Source: Takakia lepidozioides | Lineage: Eukaryota; Plantae; Bryophyta | Assembly (NCBI GenBank): GCA_030704615.1 | Contig: CM060732.1 | Coordinates: 1,984,001-2,048,000, forward strand | Direction: 5' to 3' | Length of the DNA stretch: 64,000 nucleotides | Shown: piece by piece, positions 1 to 13,354 of the stretch | Numbering within the stretch: the first letter of the stretch is position 1 | Layout: each line of letters opens with the position of its first letter | The notes under the pieces: model-generated | The model's input: only the letters and a program-made list of their open reading frames with translations | What the model was told of the DNA's origin: nothing | The model's database searches: none | Made by a program: the position numbers and the translations under genes

Positions 1-301
1 GTAGTTTGTTGCACGTAGTCCTTCCTTGCATGTACGCGAGGCCCTACCTGGAGGAGGGCCTTTTGCAAAGTGTCTCCACAGGAACTCCGCAGGTGTTAGG
101 AGTAGCAACCCAGGAAGGAGAGCTCCGAGTGGAACGTATTTTTTGTGGGGTTTACTCTTGCTAATTTCAGAGTAGCGGGTTTTATATCTCCTAATTTCAT
201 AGTAGCAGGGTTGTTACATCACGTGAGTTCATAGGCGGTAGAGGAGAAAAAGCTACGCAGGAGCTTCAAAGGAAGTTCCAAGACCAGATTCACCAGGTTT
301 C

Positions 302-3300
302 ATGGAACCACGCGTGGGCAACAAGTACAGGATCGGGCGGAGAATTGGAAGTGGTTCGTTTGGTGAGATCTATCTAGGTGAGTATTGCTCACTCATTATT
401 GTCTCACCGAGGTGTTTGTGCTCTTGTATCCTGATTCCTGTGTTTGGAAAAAGGGCTGCCGCATCTGTGCAGATCTATCTACAATGATTTCATCAATTAC
501 TGACATGCATGTAGGCGCAGGCAAGTGATTTGTGTTTCTTCGTGTATTGTGTGACATACTCGTCGGGTGTTTATGGTGTTCTATGACATTCCCTTCTGCT
601 GTGCTGTTAACAATCAGTTACCTTTATTTATTTTGCAGGGACGAATATCCAAACCAATGAGGAAGTCGCGATTAAGCTGGCAAGTTGGCCCTTTTTGTTG
701 GCGATTGTGGATTTGATCCTTTTTAAATTGGAATTAATACCTACAGCAAAGGGGATGTTAGGATTAAGCTGGTAGGGAATCCATCATGAAGTAGCCTTTG
801 AAAACTACCTGTTAGAACCTGAGGGCGGTTATGGCTAAGAGTGTATAAATCCAAAATTGCCTAGAGATTTTCATCAAGTGGAGTTTGTCTAGGGGTTTTG
901 AATTGTAATCTCAAAGAGGAATCAGCAGAGAGAATGGCGAGTGCAGGTCCATTGACTTTGAGGTCTTGGATTGGCTGTAGTTCTTTCTATACTAAGGTAG
1001 GTGTCGGAGTTGGTGCACACTAGTACAGTAATTGAAGAATTGAAATGTGCTTTCTGGGATCGGATAAAGAGTTCAAAAGTTTGGGGAGAGAAGCATGTAC
1101 AGTGGTGGTGAGCAATTCTCTTTAAGGTGGTGCACGATTTGTAGATGGTAAGTCAAAGGGCCTTGTAGAGCTTTTGTGTAAGGGGTAGCATGAACACTAC
1201 CAGATGGGCAGAGACCTGGAATTTAAGCTGAATGCAAGCTTCTGCTCTCTGTTGCGGATTCATTTTTCATTTTCTCTGAAAGCTTTTGCTCTGTGCAAAG
1301 CATCCTTTCGGTGTACGGAATGTTTGTTAGTGCCGGAGCGAGCAGTTTCCTAGATGTGATAGTTTACTAGGTGTTCTGTGAAACATTAGGTTGCAGTATC
1401 TAAACAGCTCTTTGGTCAGTTCTGAAAGAGGAAACCTGTCTTGAGTGAGGAATCATCTTTGAGAGTGATCACGTAAGTGTGAAATGTAAGGAATTTCAGG
1501 GTCATTCGGCACCACGGATGAATCTTTTTGTGGGGTAGTCGGCTTTTGAGATAGCGGATCTTTCTCAAGCTACCTGTCGTGCAATGGCTGCTTGACATCT
1601 AAAATACTGTCAATGTTTTCAGGAGAATATCAAGACGAAGCATCCGCAGTTGCTCTACGAGTCTAAGCTGTACAGGATTATTCAGGGAGGAAGTAAGCGT
1701 TTTATTTTGTGTTTAAGAATTGGAAGAGTGTTTTCATCTTGCTTTCCTCTCTTGCGTTTTGCTGTATTTGAAGACAGGATGATGACCACCTTCCTCTACC
1801 TCTACAGCTGGAATACCAAACATCAGATGGTTTGGTTTCGAAGGGGATTACAATGTTTTGGTTATGGACTTGTTGGGGCCGAGTCTTGAAGACCTGTTCA
1901 ATTTCTGCAGTCGGAAGTTTTCCTTGAAAAGTGTTCTCATGCTTGCAGATCAACTGGTACTTTCCTTGTGACCAGTCACCTAGGCTGGGTTGTCGTTTAT
2001 TGGGCTGCTGTTTGAAGCATTTGGTTAGTTTCATGGTGGGAAACATTGTCTTGTTAGACATCTCAGGCTAGTGCCTCCCTAAGTTAATGTAGTTATGCAT
2101 GATTGTTGTTGAGGTTTCTTAGGAAGTTGGTAGTTGTTTGCATGTGCGAATGGTTTGTTCTTCTGAGCAGGGTTGATTATTTATTTCTGTAGATTTTTAT
2201 CAGCTTCAACTGCCAAGTTGGGTCTAAGAAATGTTGTGTGTGCAGATCAATCGAGTGGAATATGTGCACTCAAAGAGTTTCCTTCACAGAGATATCAAAC
2301 CTGATAACTTCCTCATGGGCCTGGGCCGGCGAGCCAATCAAGTATGTTAATGGGAGTGAAAGTTGATTTATGATTCAAGTGGTGACAAATTGTATGTTAG
2401 GGTTCCACATATTATGTTTTAGGTTGTGATGGCTCAGGGTGTAACTGTTTCTTACACGTCTCTTTATCTCTGTAGGTCTACATCATTGACTTCGGTCTTG
2501 CAAAGAAGTATCGCGATCCAACAACGCATCAACATATTCCTTACAGGTGGGCTTTTAGGGGTTGATTTTGGTTGAGAGTTTTGAGCTCTTTGGTTATAGT
2601 AAAGCTAATCCCTTTTGAATTTCATTTTGCGAGTGCAGGGAAAACAAGAATCTTACTGGTACCGCTCGATATGCTAGTATCAATACGCATCTTGGTATTG
2701 GTAAGTCCCATTTTCTGCCCTTACCCAGTCATTTTAAATGGTATTCTGTTAACTTCTAACATGTTGATGTCTGGCCAATCTTGGACGTTAAGTAGACGTG
2801 GTGCACACAGCATCTTACAAGTGAGTGTCTGTATTTCAGAGCAAAGCAGGAGAGATGATTTGGAGTCGCTGGGTTACGTACTCATGTACTTCCTTAGGGG
2901 CAGGTTGGTTTACTCCCCTGCTGATATTTTTTTTTCCAATTTGAGGCACTTGTAGGCTACTGTGCTCAGCTTAGAGAGATGTCTAATTGGCTAACTTCGT
3001 TTTTCGGTGTTGTAGTCTACCTTGGCAAGGGTTGAAAGCACATACAAAGAAGCAAAAGTACGAGAAGATCAGTGAAAAGAAGATGTCAACTCCAATTGAG
3101 GTGCATATTTTCAAGTTGATTTTCAAATTGTCCAGCTAGACCCCTTAACTACAATGTTGTGGTGCTTCTCCAAGGAGTGTAACTGCACAGTTAAATGGCT
3201 ATTATTGGACTTCTGAGAGTATCAGAGAAGAAACATTCTGAATTGTCTGTGTCTTACAGATCTGCATGGTCTTCTTTCCACAGGTCCTTTGCAAGGCTTA

Positions 3301-5970
3301 CCCATCAGAGTTTGCGTCGTACTTCCACTATTGCCGCTCCCTACGCTTTGATGACAAGCCAGACTATGCATATTTGAAGAGAATATTTCGTGATCTCTTC
3401 ATTCGAGAGGGTAATCCTGCCAATAACTTACCTCTTTGGTCTTTCATAATTACTGGAAGAAAAGCTACTGGCACTGTGCATGGGCTCTCTGGGCAGTCAA
3501 GTTTGGCACACAATCTTTCAAGGTTTTTTTCCTAGTACTTCTCGCTAGATATCAGTAGAGCCTATATTTGATTTTTTCATTAAGGTGATGTTGTCTTGGA
3601 GATTGTCTCTCTTGAGGCTGTTGCAAATGTAGATAGGCCCCCCTCTTGATTAGGAATCAGCTTCTTGCTGTTCTGCAACAAGTGTTATACCTTTCTCTAC
3701 CCTTGAATGTTGGGTTTGAGGTTTTTTGTTAAGGCTGGAAAGACAGTCTGATGCTTTGATTTGTAACATGATTGTAAATGGGACCTGTGCTTGTTCAGGC
3801 CCATTGATGGAGCGGTGCACTTAATTACTGCGTAACTTAGCTGTGACACACTCTTCTTATCTTTCTGAACAGGTTTTCAGTTCGATTATGTCTTTGACTG
3901 GACCATTCTGAAATACCAGCAATCACAAATCGCTGGTGCCCCACAACAGCGAACAGTGGTAATATCAGCAGAACTTTCATGTGTACGTCTCAAGGTTGAA
4001 GTGTGTGTACTGCACAGTAGAGAAACGGTTGGATCACATTTCTAACCGGCATCATTTGCTTTTGGCCAATAAGTGTGGTATTTGATGCTAGTCTGCCATG
4101 TGACTGTTGTGAATGAGGTCTTTTTGTTTGACCTCTATTTCAGCCTGGACCTGGAGGCACAAGCGGTGGTGCAGCTGGCGCTGGTGGTGTAGGTGTGTCC
4201 ACTTGACCTATGGATATAAAACTGGACTGTAGCATTCTATCAAGTTTTGAAGCCCTCCGCTGTAGTGCATGAAGATGTTTCTAGACCTGTTAAGCTTTTG
4301 GAGTATCTTTGTGAGATTGGGAGGGCCTTCTATCTCTCTCTCTCTCCCTCTTGTCACTTGTGTCCATGCTTGTAGGTGACAGTTAAGCTTTTTAGCAGTA
4401 GATGTTGTTGGCATTTTCACATTTCCTTGGGGGACGGAGTTCCATATGCAGCTTACTGTGTGCTAAAAGGGAGGGGGTTGGCAGGGGGACAGGAGACACA
4501 GCGTAACAATGAGGCTGCTGATGGTGCTCGTTGGAGGCTTTCAACTGGTGTTGTTGGGGCAGGGGCTGTCAATGCCATGGAGGCGCCCAAGCACAAGAGT
4601 CCTGGACCTGATGATACAACCCCCAAGGACCCAGTAGGCTTTTGAGGCATTTTGTGCTTGTTGGCTTTTTTGAAATATGTTACTGCTACTCATGAAAAGA
4701 GTGTTGCATACGAATCTATTCTAACGTGATACCGAGTTTAGTTGGCTCTGTGTGAAATACTGTGTCCATTATACCATGTAAGTATATGAATACTGGCTAG
4801 TCAGCTCAAAGTGTTAACTCTTTTCCAGAATTGTGTTCTCATTGTAGATTCTCTTATAGCAACTCTGCACCTGCCAGAAATTGCTGTAGTATGCAAACTA
4901 CATTCCCTAAGATGGGTACTGATTTTTGGTAGGCCAGAACATAAGTATTAGAGCTCCTTCTGGTTGTGGGTGGTGTATGAGGGGGGGGAAAGGCCCACAC
5001 GTCTGTCACCATTGACTATGATGTGCACTTGACGGGCATACCCCCTGCAGGTATTAACCCTCCTAGAGCTTGCTATGAGGTTCTAGCCCACCAGTGTGGA
5101 CGAGACCCAACTGGAACTTCAGTGGTGCTTTCACACAGCTGATGACCAGTCGGTAACATAGAATTTAGGACCATTTGATGTGTGGCTGGTAGTTACGTCA
5201 TACTAGGAAGTGCTTCCAGCACCCCTGCTAGAGATAGAGAGATGATTACTCATAAGGCTGTTTGCCGTAGCCTTGTGGCCATAGACCCCGCGCCCAGTTG
5301 GGCGGAACAAAAGGGACTTGCGAGGCGCTCACTCCGGTAGTATGACTTTGTGAGAGAGAGAGAGAGAGAGAAGAAATGAATGAATGAATGTGGGCATGAT
5401 ACTAGGAAGTAGTTTGTTAGGGTGAACCTATATGAGTCTGATTTTCTTCCTAGTTTTAAGGTAGACAACCAATGTATGGGACATCACTAATATCACCAAT
5501 GTATGGGACAATGGCTGTGCAGATAATGGTTTGTGTCAATGGTTGATAGGAGTGTAAATTTACATCAGACCAGTGATGGTTCTCTCATGCCAATGAAAAC
5601 TTTTGGGAGCATATCAGAGGTTAAGATCCACCTCTGTGTATGGATGGGCTTACAGGGGGTCCTAGGAAGTCTGCCAGAGCCTGAGCGCGTGCAGACATCA
5701 TCATTTGCACGAACAGGAAGTTCTTCAAGGAGGGCAGTTATATCAAGCAGGCCAACAGGTTCAACAGAGGTTGTAGACCCAGCGCGAACCCTGACCAATA
5801 AGATGGTACCGATCAGCCTGCGCACCTCAGGAATGCAGCGGTCACCGGTGGCTTCAGCAGAACCCAAGCGGACGGTATCTAATCACCATCCGTCCTCTAA
5901 CATGAGGAATTATGAAGACGCCCTCAAGGGAGTTGAATGTCTTTCTGTTGAGGTGGAGCAGAGGCAATAA
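302..5970 (+). CDS. CK1: Casein kinase 1 (plant CK1-like/CKL), 14 exons, 479 aa
   Basis: Exons 302-377, 639-679, 1623-1692, 1808-1956, 2246-2341, 2476-2546, 2639-2700, 2840-2903, 3016-3100, 3284-3410, 3873-3958, 4144-4192, 4485-4633, 5656-5970 join in frame (1440 nt). Motifs [57 protein letters not shown] and LPWQGLKA are all present. Exons 12-13 of the C-terminal tail are less certain. Confidence 0.96.
5244..5352 (-). mobile_element. 3'-terminal fragment of the (TC)n-associated LINE, in CK1 intron 13
   Basis: The reverse complement matches the LINE 3' end at 39500-39590 (GCGCGGGGTCTATGGCCACAAGGCTACGGCAAAC...TTATGAGTA). GA/TC repeats flank it on both sides. Confidence 0.85.
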
Positions 5971-8793
5971 AGTAGGCCAGGTTTGTAGTTGGAACGGCTG
6001 GGTTATCTGCATGTCTCCTTCCTAGTACCCTCTTTGTCGTCTCCCACTGTTTCTAGCAGGCCGAGCGTTCTGTCTGGCACAGCTTAGACTGATGACCATC
6101 GATTCGGGCCATCAACCCTTTGTTCTGCTTGTGAGCAATTCTCATGCTTATGATCCACGATAATCTCTTCTGGCAAAATCTATTTCGTGTTCCTGCTTGG
6201 TTTTTACCCAAAGCAAGGGCAGAGGAACTCTGTTAATGTAGTACTCAGGCTCATTGCTTTTCTTCGATGGTTTTTGTGCTGTGTTTTAATCAGGTGTCAC
6301 TTTGCCACACACCCTATGAATAAGACTTCAGTCCTAGAAGCTGTAGATGAGTAAGTGTCTCTGTGGTTCTCATGTCTGAATTGTGGACGCTGTTGCACCA
6401 ACTGGGTTTATGTATGTGGATCCCACTAACCGCCTGAGAATGAATTTCCTTTCACTGAATTCTGCATTGCATGATTCTCTTGCTGTATTTGGCTTGGAAA
6501 GTTGTAGGGGAAGTTCTGGTTAGTGCGCCTGGGATGTAGAATCAGGCTTATCTCTGTGAAGTGGCAGTGTGCAATAGCACTAGCAAAGCTACTGTTATGT
6601 TGATCATATCGGACCTGTCAGGTTTCTGTACAGAAATGACAGATGAAGGGAACTAGGGTACACTGCTTTAAGGGAGAGGTCAGCACGGCTCATGTCTGGG
6701 CGCCCTGGCGGTGTTGCAGGGTCGAGATATATATGGTGGCAATTCTGGAAGGAATCCTAGTTCCTCCCGGACTTCGAAAGAGTGAGCAAAGTGGAGGGGA
6801 GCTGCCCTGTACCTGGTTTGGGGAAGTTAACGGCTCAATTATGCTTCCGTCCCTGCTACTATGTGAAATTTTTTTTGTGTTTGATGAGATAACCAGAATC
6901 AATTGTAGATGAGCTTATCTGCATTTTATGGGTGCCCAGTGTAGGCTGGTTATAGGGGCAGTGTATCTACGCCTCCAGACATCACCATTGCCTTGCTGTT
7001 GCCTTAGTACAAATCTATTGTCTGAGTTCCATTGTTTCACCTTCCTTCGTAGCCCTTAGGTTCGATAAGACAAACCATAGCGAGTAGCTAGATACGCCTG
7101 CAGCCATCCCTATAATTTATGTGACATGAGTAGAAGTCTTACAGCTTGACTTCCTTGGCAGCAAAGTTTATTTTGTTTTTCTGCTGGCACCTTACCGGGG
7201 GGGGGGGTGTTGAGGGTTTGCTCTTCTTATAGAACAGCTGGTTGTAGACATGTGTACATTGGATAGGGTGAGGTCAAAGGGCTTCTATTAACATTCTGTT
7301 TCTTCGTCTCTATTCAATTCTCAAAGCTGTAAAGCTTGTTAAATTTGTAGGATACCGTATAGAACTGAGTGTTCAGCTGGTTCAAAGTCAGGGTATCCCC
7401 CTTGCCTGGTAGTAATGCTGTTTTGGCCATTTGGTTGATGTTGAACCTCTCTCCTTGAATTTCTTCTTGACCTGGTTTTTGTTACCATTCAGGTTACTTC
7501 ACATACCAAGTCTATACAGACTTCTATGGGACGTATCAGCTGTGCTGTTTGACTAATGAGAGGAGGATTGGTATATATATCTACCTGTCTACATGTAATT
7601 AGAGATGGCCAATCTTCAGTGGTCTATAGCCCGTATGCGAAGGTCCTAGTGCCATGGTTACTGAAAGTGTCCAGCCAGAAGAAACCTCTTCTTATTTTCA
7701 AGTAGTAGCTGCAGTTTGTTCTGTGACCAAGGGTGTTTTTGTTACTGAATTGCAAGCATGGACCCCTATAGATTGGCCTTGGTTCTTTGTTGGTCTGGTT
7801 TTGCTGTACGTCGTCCACCTGGTAGGCATGGAAGTGGAGTGCTGTAAGGTGCTGGGAGCTAGCACTTTGAATTTGTTCACGAACTTTGTTTGCTTATTTT
7901 GATTGTGATTCGCTCCGTTTGGGTATACATTTTTCAATGTTTCTTGGATCCAAGTAGATGGGCTCAGGAACTCTGTCTTATGTCCCCTTGTGGAGTCTGG
8001 ATAGGACATCGCTTTTTTCATCTTTTGAATGTTAGGAAGCAACAGATTCACAAACAAAAATTGTCCCACTTGGAGACAAACAAACACGTTGCACTTAAGC
8101 TGGACTGATTTGTCAGGGGATCTCTTCCCTGGCTTCATAAAAGGTTATCTGCAGGCAAGTAACAGCAAAGGCCCAAGAGTTGAATGCGCCCTCAGCGGGT
8201 GTGCGATCGTGGCCCGCCACTTGTCCAAGCTGGTGCTGCCGAGCCAAGCCCCTCCCCATTCGCCCGCCCCGGCCTGGCAAAAACCCCCCCACCTGCCCGG
8301 TCCTGCTCCACTGCCGCATGAAATCCGTTGTACATGAACCATGTAACATGCTCATCCATCATGCATGTAGTACATGTTCCATGCAACACACTCATCCATC
8401 ATGACCATGCTATGGACACATGGACATAGATACATGGATTGTCATGCATGAGATTCAAAACTCAAATATGAACTTCAAAAAAATTATTTTAGTCGACGGT
8501 GTCGTTCAAAACGAATGCACCTCATGTAGCGGATGATTACTATCGTCCGGGTAATTGTCGACCTATCTCCATTGTCCTCCTCTCCTCATCATCGTCCTCA
8601 AAATTGTCCTATCACTGTCGCAGCGTGTATCACTCGTGCGCATCCTGTGTGAAACGAGTAGTGCTTGAACGACATGTCTGTACATGACAAAGCTGAAGAC
8701 TTTATCCCCCATCTTGTCCCCCCATCTTGTTTCCAAACTTCGAAACCAAGTGCAATCTCCGCACGTAGGTGCTTTCAATCACAATGTGTTACA

Positions 8794-10058
8794 ATGGCGT
8801 ACCACTGGCACGGCATCCCTCCCGGTAAAGACGAAGTACCCTACATTCCATGGAGTCGTGTGAATGACTTCATAACTAGGGAATCATCCCGTCCCGATGG
8901 ACCATGCACTTTCCACAGACATCGCCAAAGAGGCTGTTCAGGGGCATCTCTCTTCGCTCCACACACAAATAGTGCCTGAAGTCTGACAAGGTACAACTAT
9001 CTGCCGTCCATGTAATACAATAGTATTTTAGTGTCTTCCTTGGGGTCCTTGCTCTATGACTCTCGGATGCGGTCGCCGAGTAATGGAAGGTGGTTTCTGT
9101 CGTAGGTATCTTTGCTCATACGGGCTAGAGACAAGACGACTACCCTCTTGGAGGTTACCTCTGCCGTGGCAGCCAAGAAATGGCAAGCATGACCTCCCAA
9201 GAAGAAGGGGAAAAAGCCAAGAGTTGTGGGTTTGCCACCGAGCAAAAACCAAAACAAATCAGGACCACAAAAACCAAATCTGGGGAAGGCATCGAGAGGG
9301 GATGTGTGAGTCTTTTTGTAGTGAAGCAATTGTATGTGGACCCTAAAATTGTAGAGGTGGTATATTACGAGAAGAGTCACGTCAATGGAGCTGGAGAGAT
9401 ATGCCATGGGCCTGCACATGAAAGTGGACGCGTTGCATTAGCTCCCCACGTCAGTGAAGACACGAAAGCATGGGTAATGCACAACTTGCGCTTAGGGCTA
9501 AGCATCAACAAAAAAATGGCAAATTGTGGATGTTGGATTGGAGGTAAATCGTGATACTTTCCTCCTTTCATGGGACATCTTGAATATTGCCAACAAATGT
9601 GATGAGAAAACATTTAAAAAGTACTCAAATGATCCTGGTAGTGTCTGAATGTTGGGTGGAGGCGAACCCACAAAGTGTTTTCTACTACTAGGAAGAGTCC
9701 AATCAGCCTGCATGGACTTCCAATGACTGAAAACTCGACCTCCCATTTGTGTTGGACATACAAACTGAATGGCAGAAAAAGCAGATGGTGAATCACGGAC
9801 ATTCTCGAATAGTGGCATGCGATGCAACTTTTGGGACAACTGAGAAAAAGGTTTGTTTCATTCTGATCCACTGTGTATTTAAAGAGCTTCAAATGCATTG
9901 TACATGATAAGATCTACATATTCCCTTCATTCCATATGCAAATCAGAATTTCTAACTTTTGTTTTACATGATTGTTGTTGCAGGATCTCTTGTACACCAT
10001 GATGGTGTTTGATGAATGGCTGAATGGTATTCCAGTCGCGTACATTATCATGGCCAGG
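8794..10058 (+). pseudogene. Mutator-like (MULE)/SWIM-family transposase, N-terminal part, disrupted
   Basis: Broken frames give YIPWSRVNDFITRES, RGCVSLFVVKQLY...HVNGAGEICHGP...APHVSED and LYTMMVFDEWLNGIPVAYII (MULE catalytic-domain start). Resembles plant MULE-derived SWIM proteins. Truncated at 10058. Confidence 0.7.
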
Positions 10059-10397
10059 TGAGACAATATTATCATACGCTAGCTAGGCTGGAGAAGTCCG
10101 CCCTCTTGCCGTGACCTTGGCTGTGTTTTTAGTAATGTCGTTAGCTATGACTATTCTTAAAGGGTTCCGCCAAATTTTTCGGTCTCTCGTCTTATTAGCT
10201 CTACTGTTTAGCAGTGTCGCTACTCTGTCCTGGTCTCTGCATTTAGTCATGGCCGCCGCCATGGCCTCTGCTCCTGCTCTTGGTATATTTCACCGACCAA
10301 ACTTTTAGGCCATGGCAGCCGCCATGGCCTCTTCTTCTGCTTATTCTGCTGTTGCGGGGAGACCTTCTCATTCCTTCCCGTGCTCTATCAATACTCT
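10059..10397 (+). repeat. Unclassified interspersed repeat fragment adjoining the 5' end of Gypsy copy 1
   Basis: TTAGCTATGACTATTCTTAAAGGGTTCCGCCA (from 10141) resembles the reverse complement of about 28455-28495 (TTAGCCATGACTACTTCTATAGGGTTTCACCA). Both have an upstream CCGCCCTC. Confidence 0.45.
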
Positions 10398-10719
10398 TGT
10401 CAAGTTATTTCACCACTAGTGTGAAACTAGCTATGAAATAACTAGCTTTAACATATTAATATTTGGGATTGGCCCAAGTGTCAATCCAGGGATCAAGGCA
10501 GATTTAGGCCCTGGAGTGGTTATCTTCATGGCAAGCGCGGGAGGCTCATCTTTCTCAAGTTGAGCCTCACCGCGCCTAGCTATGGTGCCGTAGTGGGGCC
10601 CCATGGCGTGGGGTGCACTTGGCTTGACTTATATTTGAGTGATGAGTATATATGCATGAGTTTATGCTTCAGATTTGTGAGCTCGCATGAGCTTGTGCTT
10701 GTATTCTTCTTCTTTATCA
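10398..10719 (+). repeat. Terminal repeat A1 (TGTC...TATCA) of copy 1
   Basis: Aligns with 18393-18707 and more distantly with 22042-22395. Starts TG, ends CA. Confidence 0.9.
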
Positions 10720-10734
10720 CTCGAGAAAGATGAG
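10720..10734 (+). promoter_or_regulatory. Self-priming primer-binding site
   Basis: CTCGAGAAAGATGAG directly follows A1. It is the exact reverse complement of 18540-18554 in A2 and matches 10545-10559 in A1 at 14/15. It does not start with the TGG of a tRNA PBS. Confidence 0.8.
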
Positions 10735-11929
10735 TTCGTATCTGTGAGTGCTAGATACGAGTTAGTTGTTAGCACTTGTGTGTTTTCAGATGAGAAGCAG
10801 CTCAGCTTGGAGAGCGCATGAATAAGTGCTCACAAGGGCTGGAAACCAGCAAGGCTCGGTTGTTTGCCATTGAGTTGAGTGGCGGGTTTTGGAAGTCTAA
10901 GTGAGAAAGAGGGCTTGGTATGTGGCAAGCATCTTAGAGCTTTTGTTGGTGATGTGTGAGAGCCGAAATGAGCAAGAATATCGTGCTGATTTCCTCACAG
11001 CCGCCATAGCTCGGTGCAAAGAAGCCTAGAGTCCAAGAGACACAAACCCTAGCTTGGCGTGGCTAAACCCCTTGGAGAAATGGCTAAACTGCCATGAGCG
11101 GCCATGGATGGGGTTGTGACGGGCTGTGACAGGTTGTGATGGGTTGTGGCCTACCTATGGCATGTGTGGGGCTGTGACGGCTTGACATGTGATCTGTGTG
11201 GGTCTGTGCTGGTCTGTGGTGGCCTGTGCTAACCAGTGGAGGCACTGGTGGACTGCCTGAGGACTAGCATGTGGTCTTGAAGGCCAAATTTCGAAGCTCG
11301 TGGAGGGCGGTTTGAGGAGTATCTTCATGATATTCCCATGGTCATGCAAGTGAGGGAAGAGATAAGAGGAAGAGTGTTGGGATGAGGGCATGCTGGGGTT
11401 AGGCATTGCTCTAGCTTATCTTCCTCGTAGTTTTCCACCCTCTCATTAGGCCAAGACCTTTCCGTAGGTGGAGGCAAGAGTTAGTCCGGGTTTGGGCTGG
11501 GGTGTCCTTGCAGGAGCAACACCGTGGAGTTGTTTTGGGTGTGGGGGAGTTGTCGTTCTGATTTCTTGTGTTTGGATCCCCTCCACACTTGTATGCTTGA
11601 CTGTGCGCCATGTTAGTTTTGTGTGGGCGCTTGTTTTTATAGGTGATTGGTCCGGATTTGATCACCAGCCAGTCCTAGAGCGTGCTGTCGATGATGAGGC
11701 TGGGGTGATGACCAGTCAGACCATCATTGTTTCTCATGTGGTGAGGTTGGAGGTGATGACCAGCCAAACATAGGAGTGCTTGCGGTGGATGCAAATGCAA
11801 GTGCAGGCTATGTTAGGAACCTAGTATTCCAAACCATAAGCCGCAACAGGTTCTCTACCCGGTTACCTTATGGAGAGGGGGTTAGGGACATGTTCATGAC
11901 CGGTTGAGTGTCAGTTTGTCAACATAGAG

Positions 11930-13354
11930 GTGCCACTAGTTGCTGGCGAGAGTGCCGGTTCGAGCACTAGCGATACTAGTGGGTACACGAAACAAGGTGT
12001 GCGGTTTAGGCCACCTTCACCTCCTGTGTCTTCTACGAAAGGTTCTGATTCGGATTGTGAATCAGGAGGACTCACACCAGCGGTGCAAGTTGTTTCTTTG
12101 CCATTGTTGTGGGATACAATGGAGGAGATGTATGGAGCTACCAAGGGGCCACGTAGGTACTCTGGAGAAGTGGGCACCATTGAGCTGGACGATTTTATCC
12201 AAGAGTTTGATAGTTGGTGTGATTTGCAGCAAATGCTCAATCCACAACTATTTACGCCTTTCACGGCATGGAAGGGGCTATTTCAGCACCTTGAGGGGCC
12301 GCCCATAGATGATTACCATGAGTTCAGGCGGGGGCATGAGGTTGAGATCGAGGAGTGGAGGCTGTACTGGTCACCCGACTATGTCTCCATCACTAGGGGC
12401 ACTAGAGCCATGAGGGCAGTGGCTACACCTGCAGCTGCACCGGCAGTTTTAACAAGCAGCAGTGGGACTAGTGGGACTGGTGGTACCGTAGCTACGACGT
12501 CCACCCAAGCCACTGCCGCACCAGCACCAATACCCATGCCTGCCTTCAACCCTGTTGTGGAGTTCTTCGAAGAGTTGAGAAGAAACTACCAAGGGGTGAT
12601 GACAGAGACGTTGCGGAGCTTGCAAGAGTTCCAACAGAAACCTACTGAGAGCTTGAGGGAGGCTTTCACTCGCATGAGGCGCTTGATAAGTGTAACCCAA
12701 GGGGTTACGGAAGCTCAGGCAATCCAATTCTGGTATGGGATATTGGACAAGGAGCTGAGGAGAAGGGTGCGGGATGCAACTCTCCTACAAGCGGCCCAAC
12801 CCACCTTAGCAAATGTGTTTTTGCTGGTAGAGCGGATAGAGCTCAACATGGTGGAGGAACGAGTGGTCATGGTGGGATTTGCTAAGGAGACACCACGGGA
12901 TAGTGGTGCTCCTAGCCAACCACTACCTCAACATGCTCAAGGCAACAAGGGGGCTCAGGTGAAGCCCAGGGAAGGACAAAGAGGACCTCACATGCAGGGG
13001 TCTCGTTTGCAGGCCAACAACGGGCGGATGTGGTGTGTTGGACATGTGGAGGACCCCATGTCAAGAAGGATTGCCTAGAGAACGGCAAAGGGTTGGCTTA
13101 GGTACAGCCTGCACAGTTGCAGTGTGGGCATTGTGACAAGTTTGGGCATGGAGAGGCCCAGTGTTATGACTTGCATCCTGAGTTGCAGCCAGACCAGTTC
13201 CAATGGAACAATGGTGGCCGGGGGCGAGGTGGAGCAGCTCAGAGAGGACGAGGTGGCCAGGCACGAGATGCAGGCCAAGGGCAAGCTTAGCATGGCCAGG
13301 GACGAGGAGGTCAGGGTGGTGACCAAGGCATGGCCAACCGGCTTCAACAGCTAG
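11930..13354 (+). pseudogene. gag: Gag with two zinc knuckles (frameshifted)
   Basis: LDDFIQEFDSWCD and FQQKPTESLREAFTRM (retrotransposon gag). A shifted frame gives CWTCGGPHVKKDC (about 13036) and CGHCDKFGHGEAQC (about 13123). Confidence 0.85.

Noticed and set aside
6000-8150. Short ORFs downstream of CK1
   Set aside because: No recognisable motifs or consistent exon chain. Probably 3' UTR and intergenic DNA.
10398-10719. Hammerhead ribozyme (retrozyme-like LTR)
   Set aside because: Many hairpins, but I found no CTGANGA...GAAA core in the required arrangement.
10720-10740. tRNA primer-binding site
   Set aside because: It lacks the TGG start complementary to tRNA CCA and is fully explained by complementarity to repeat A.
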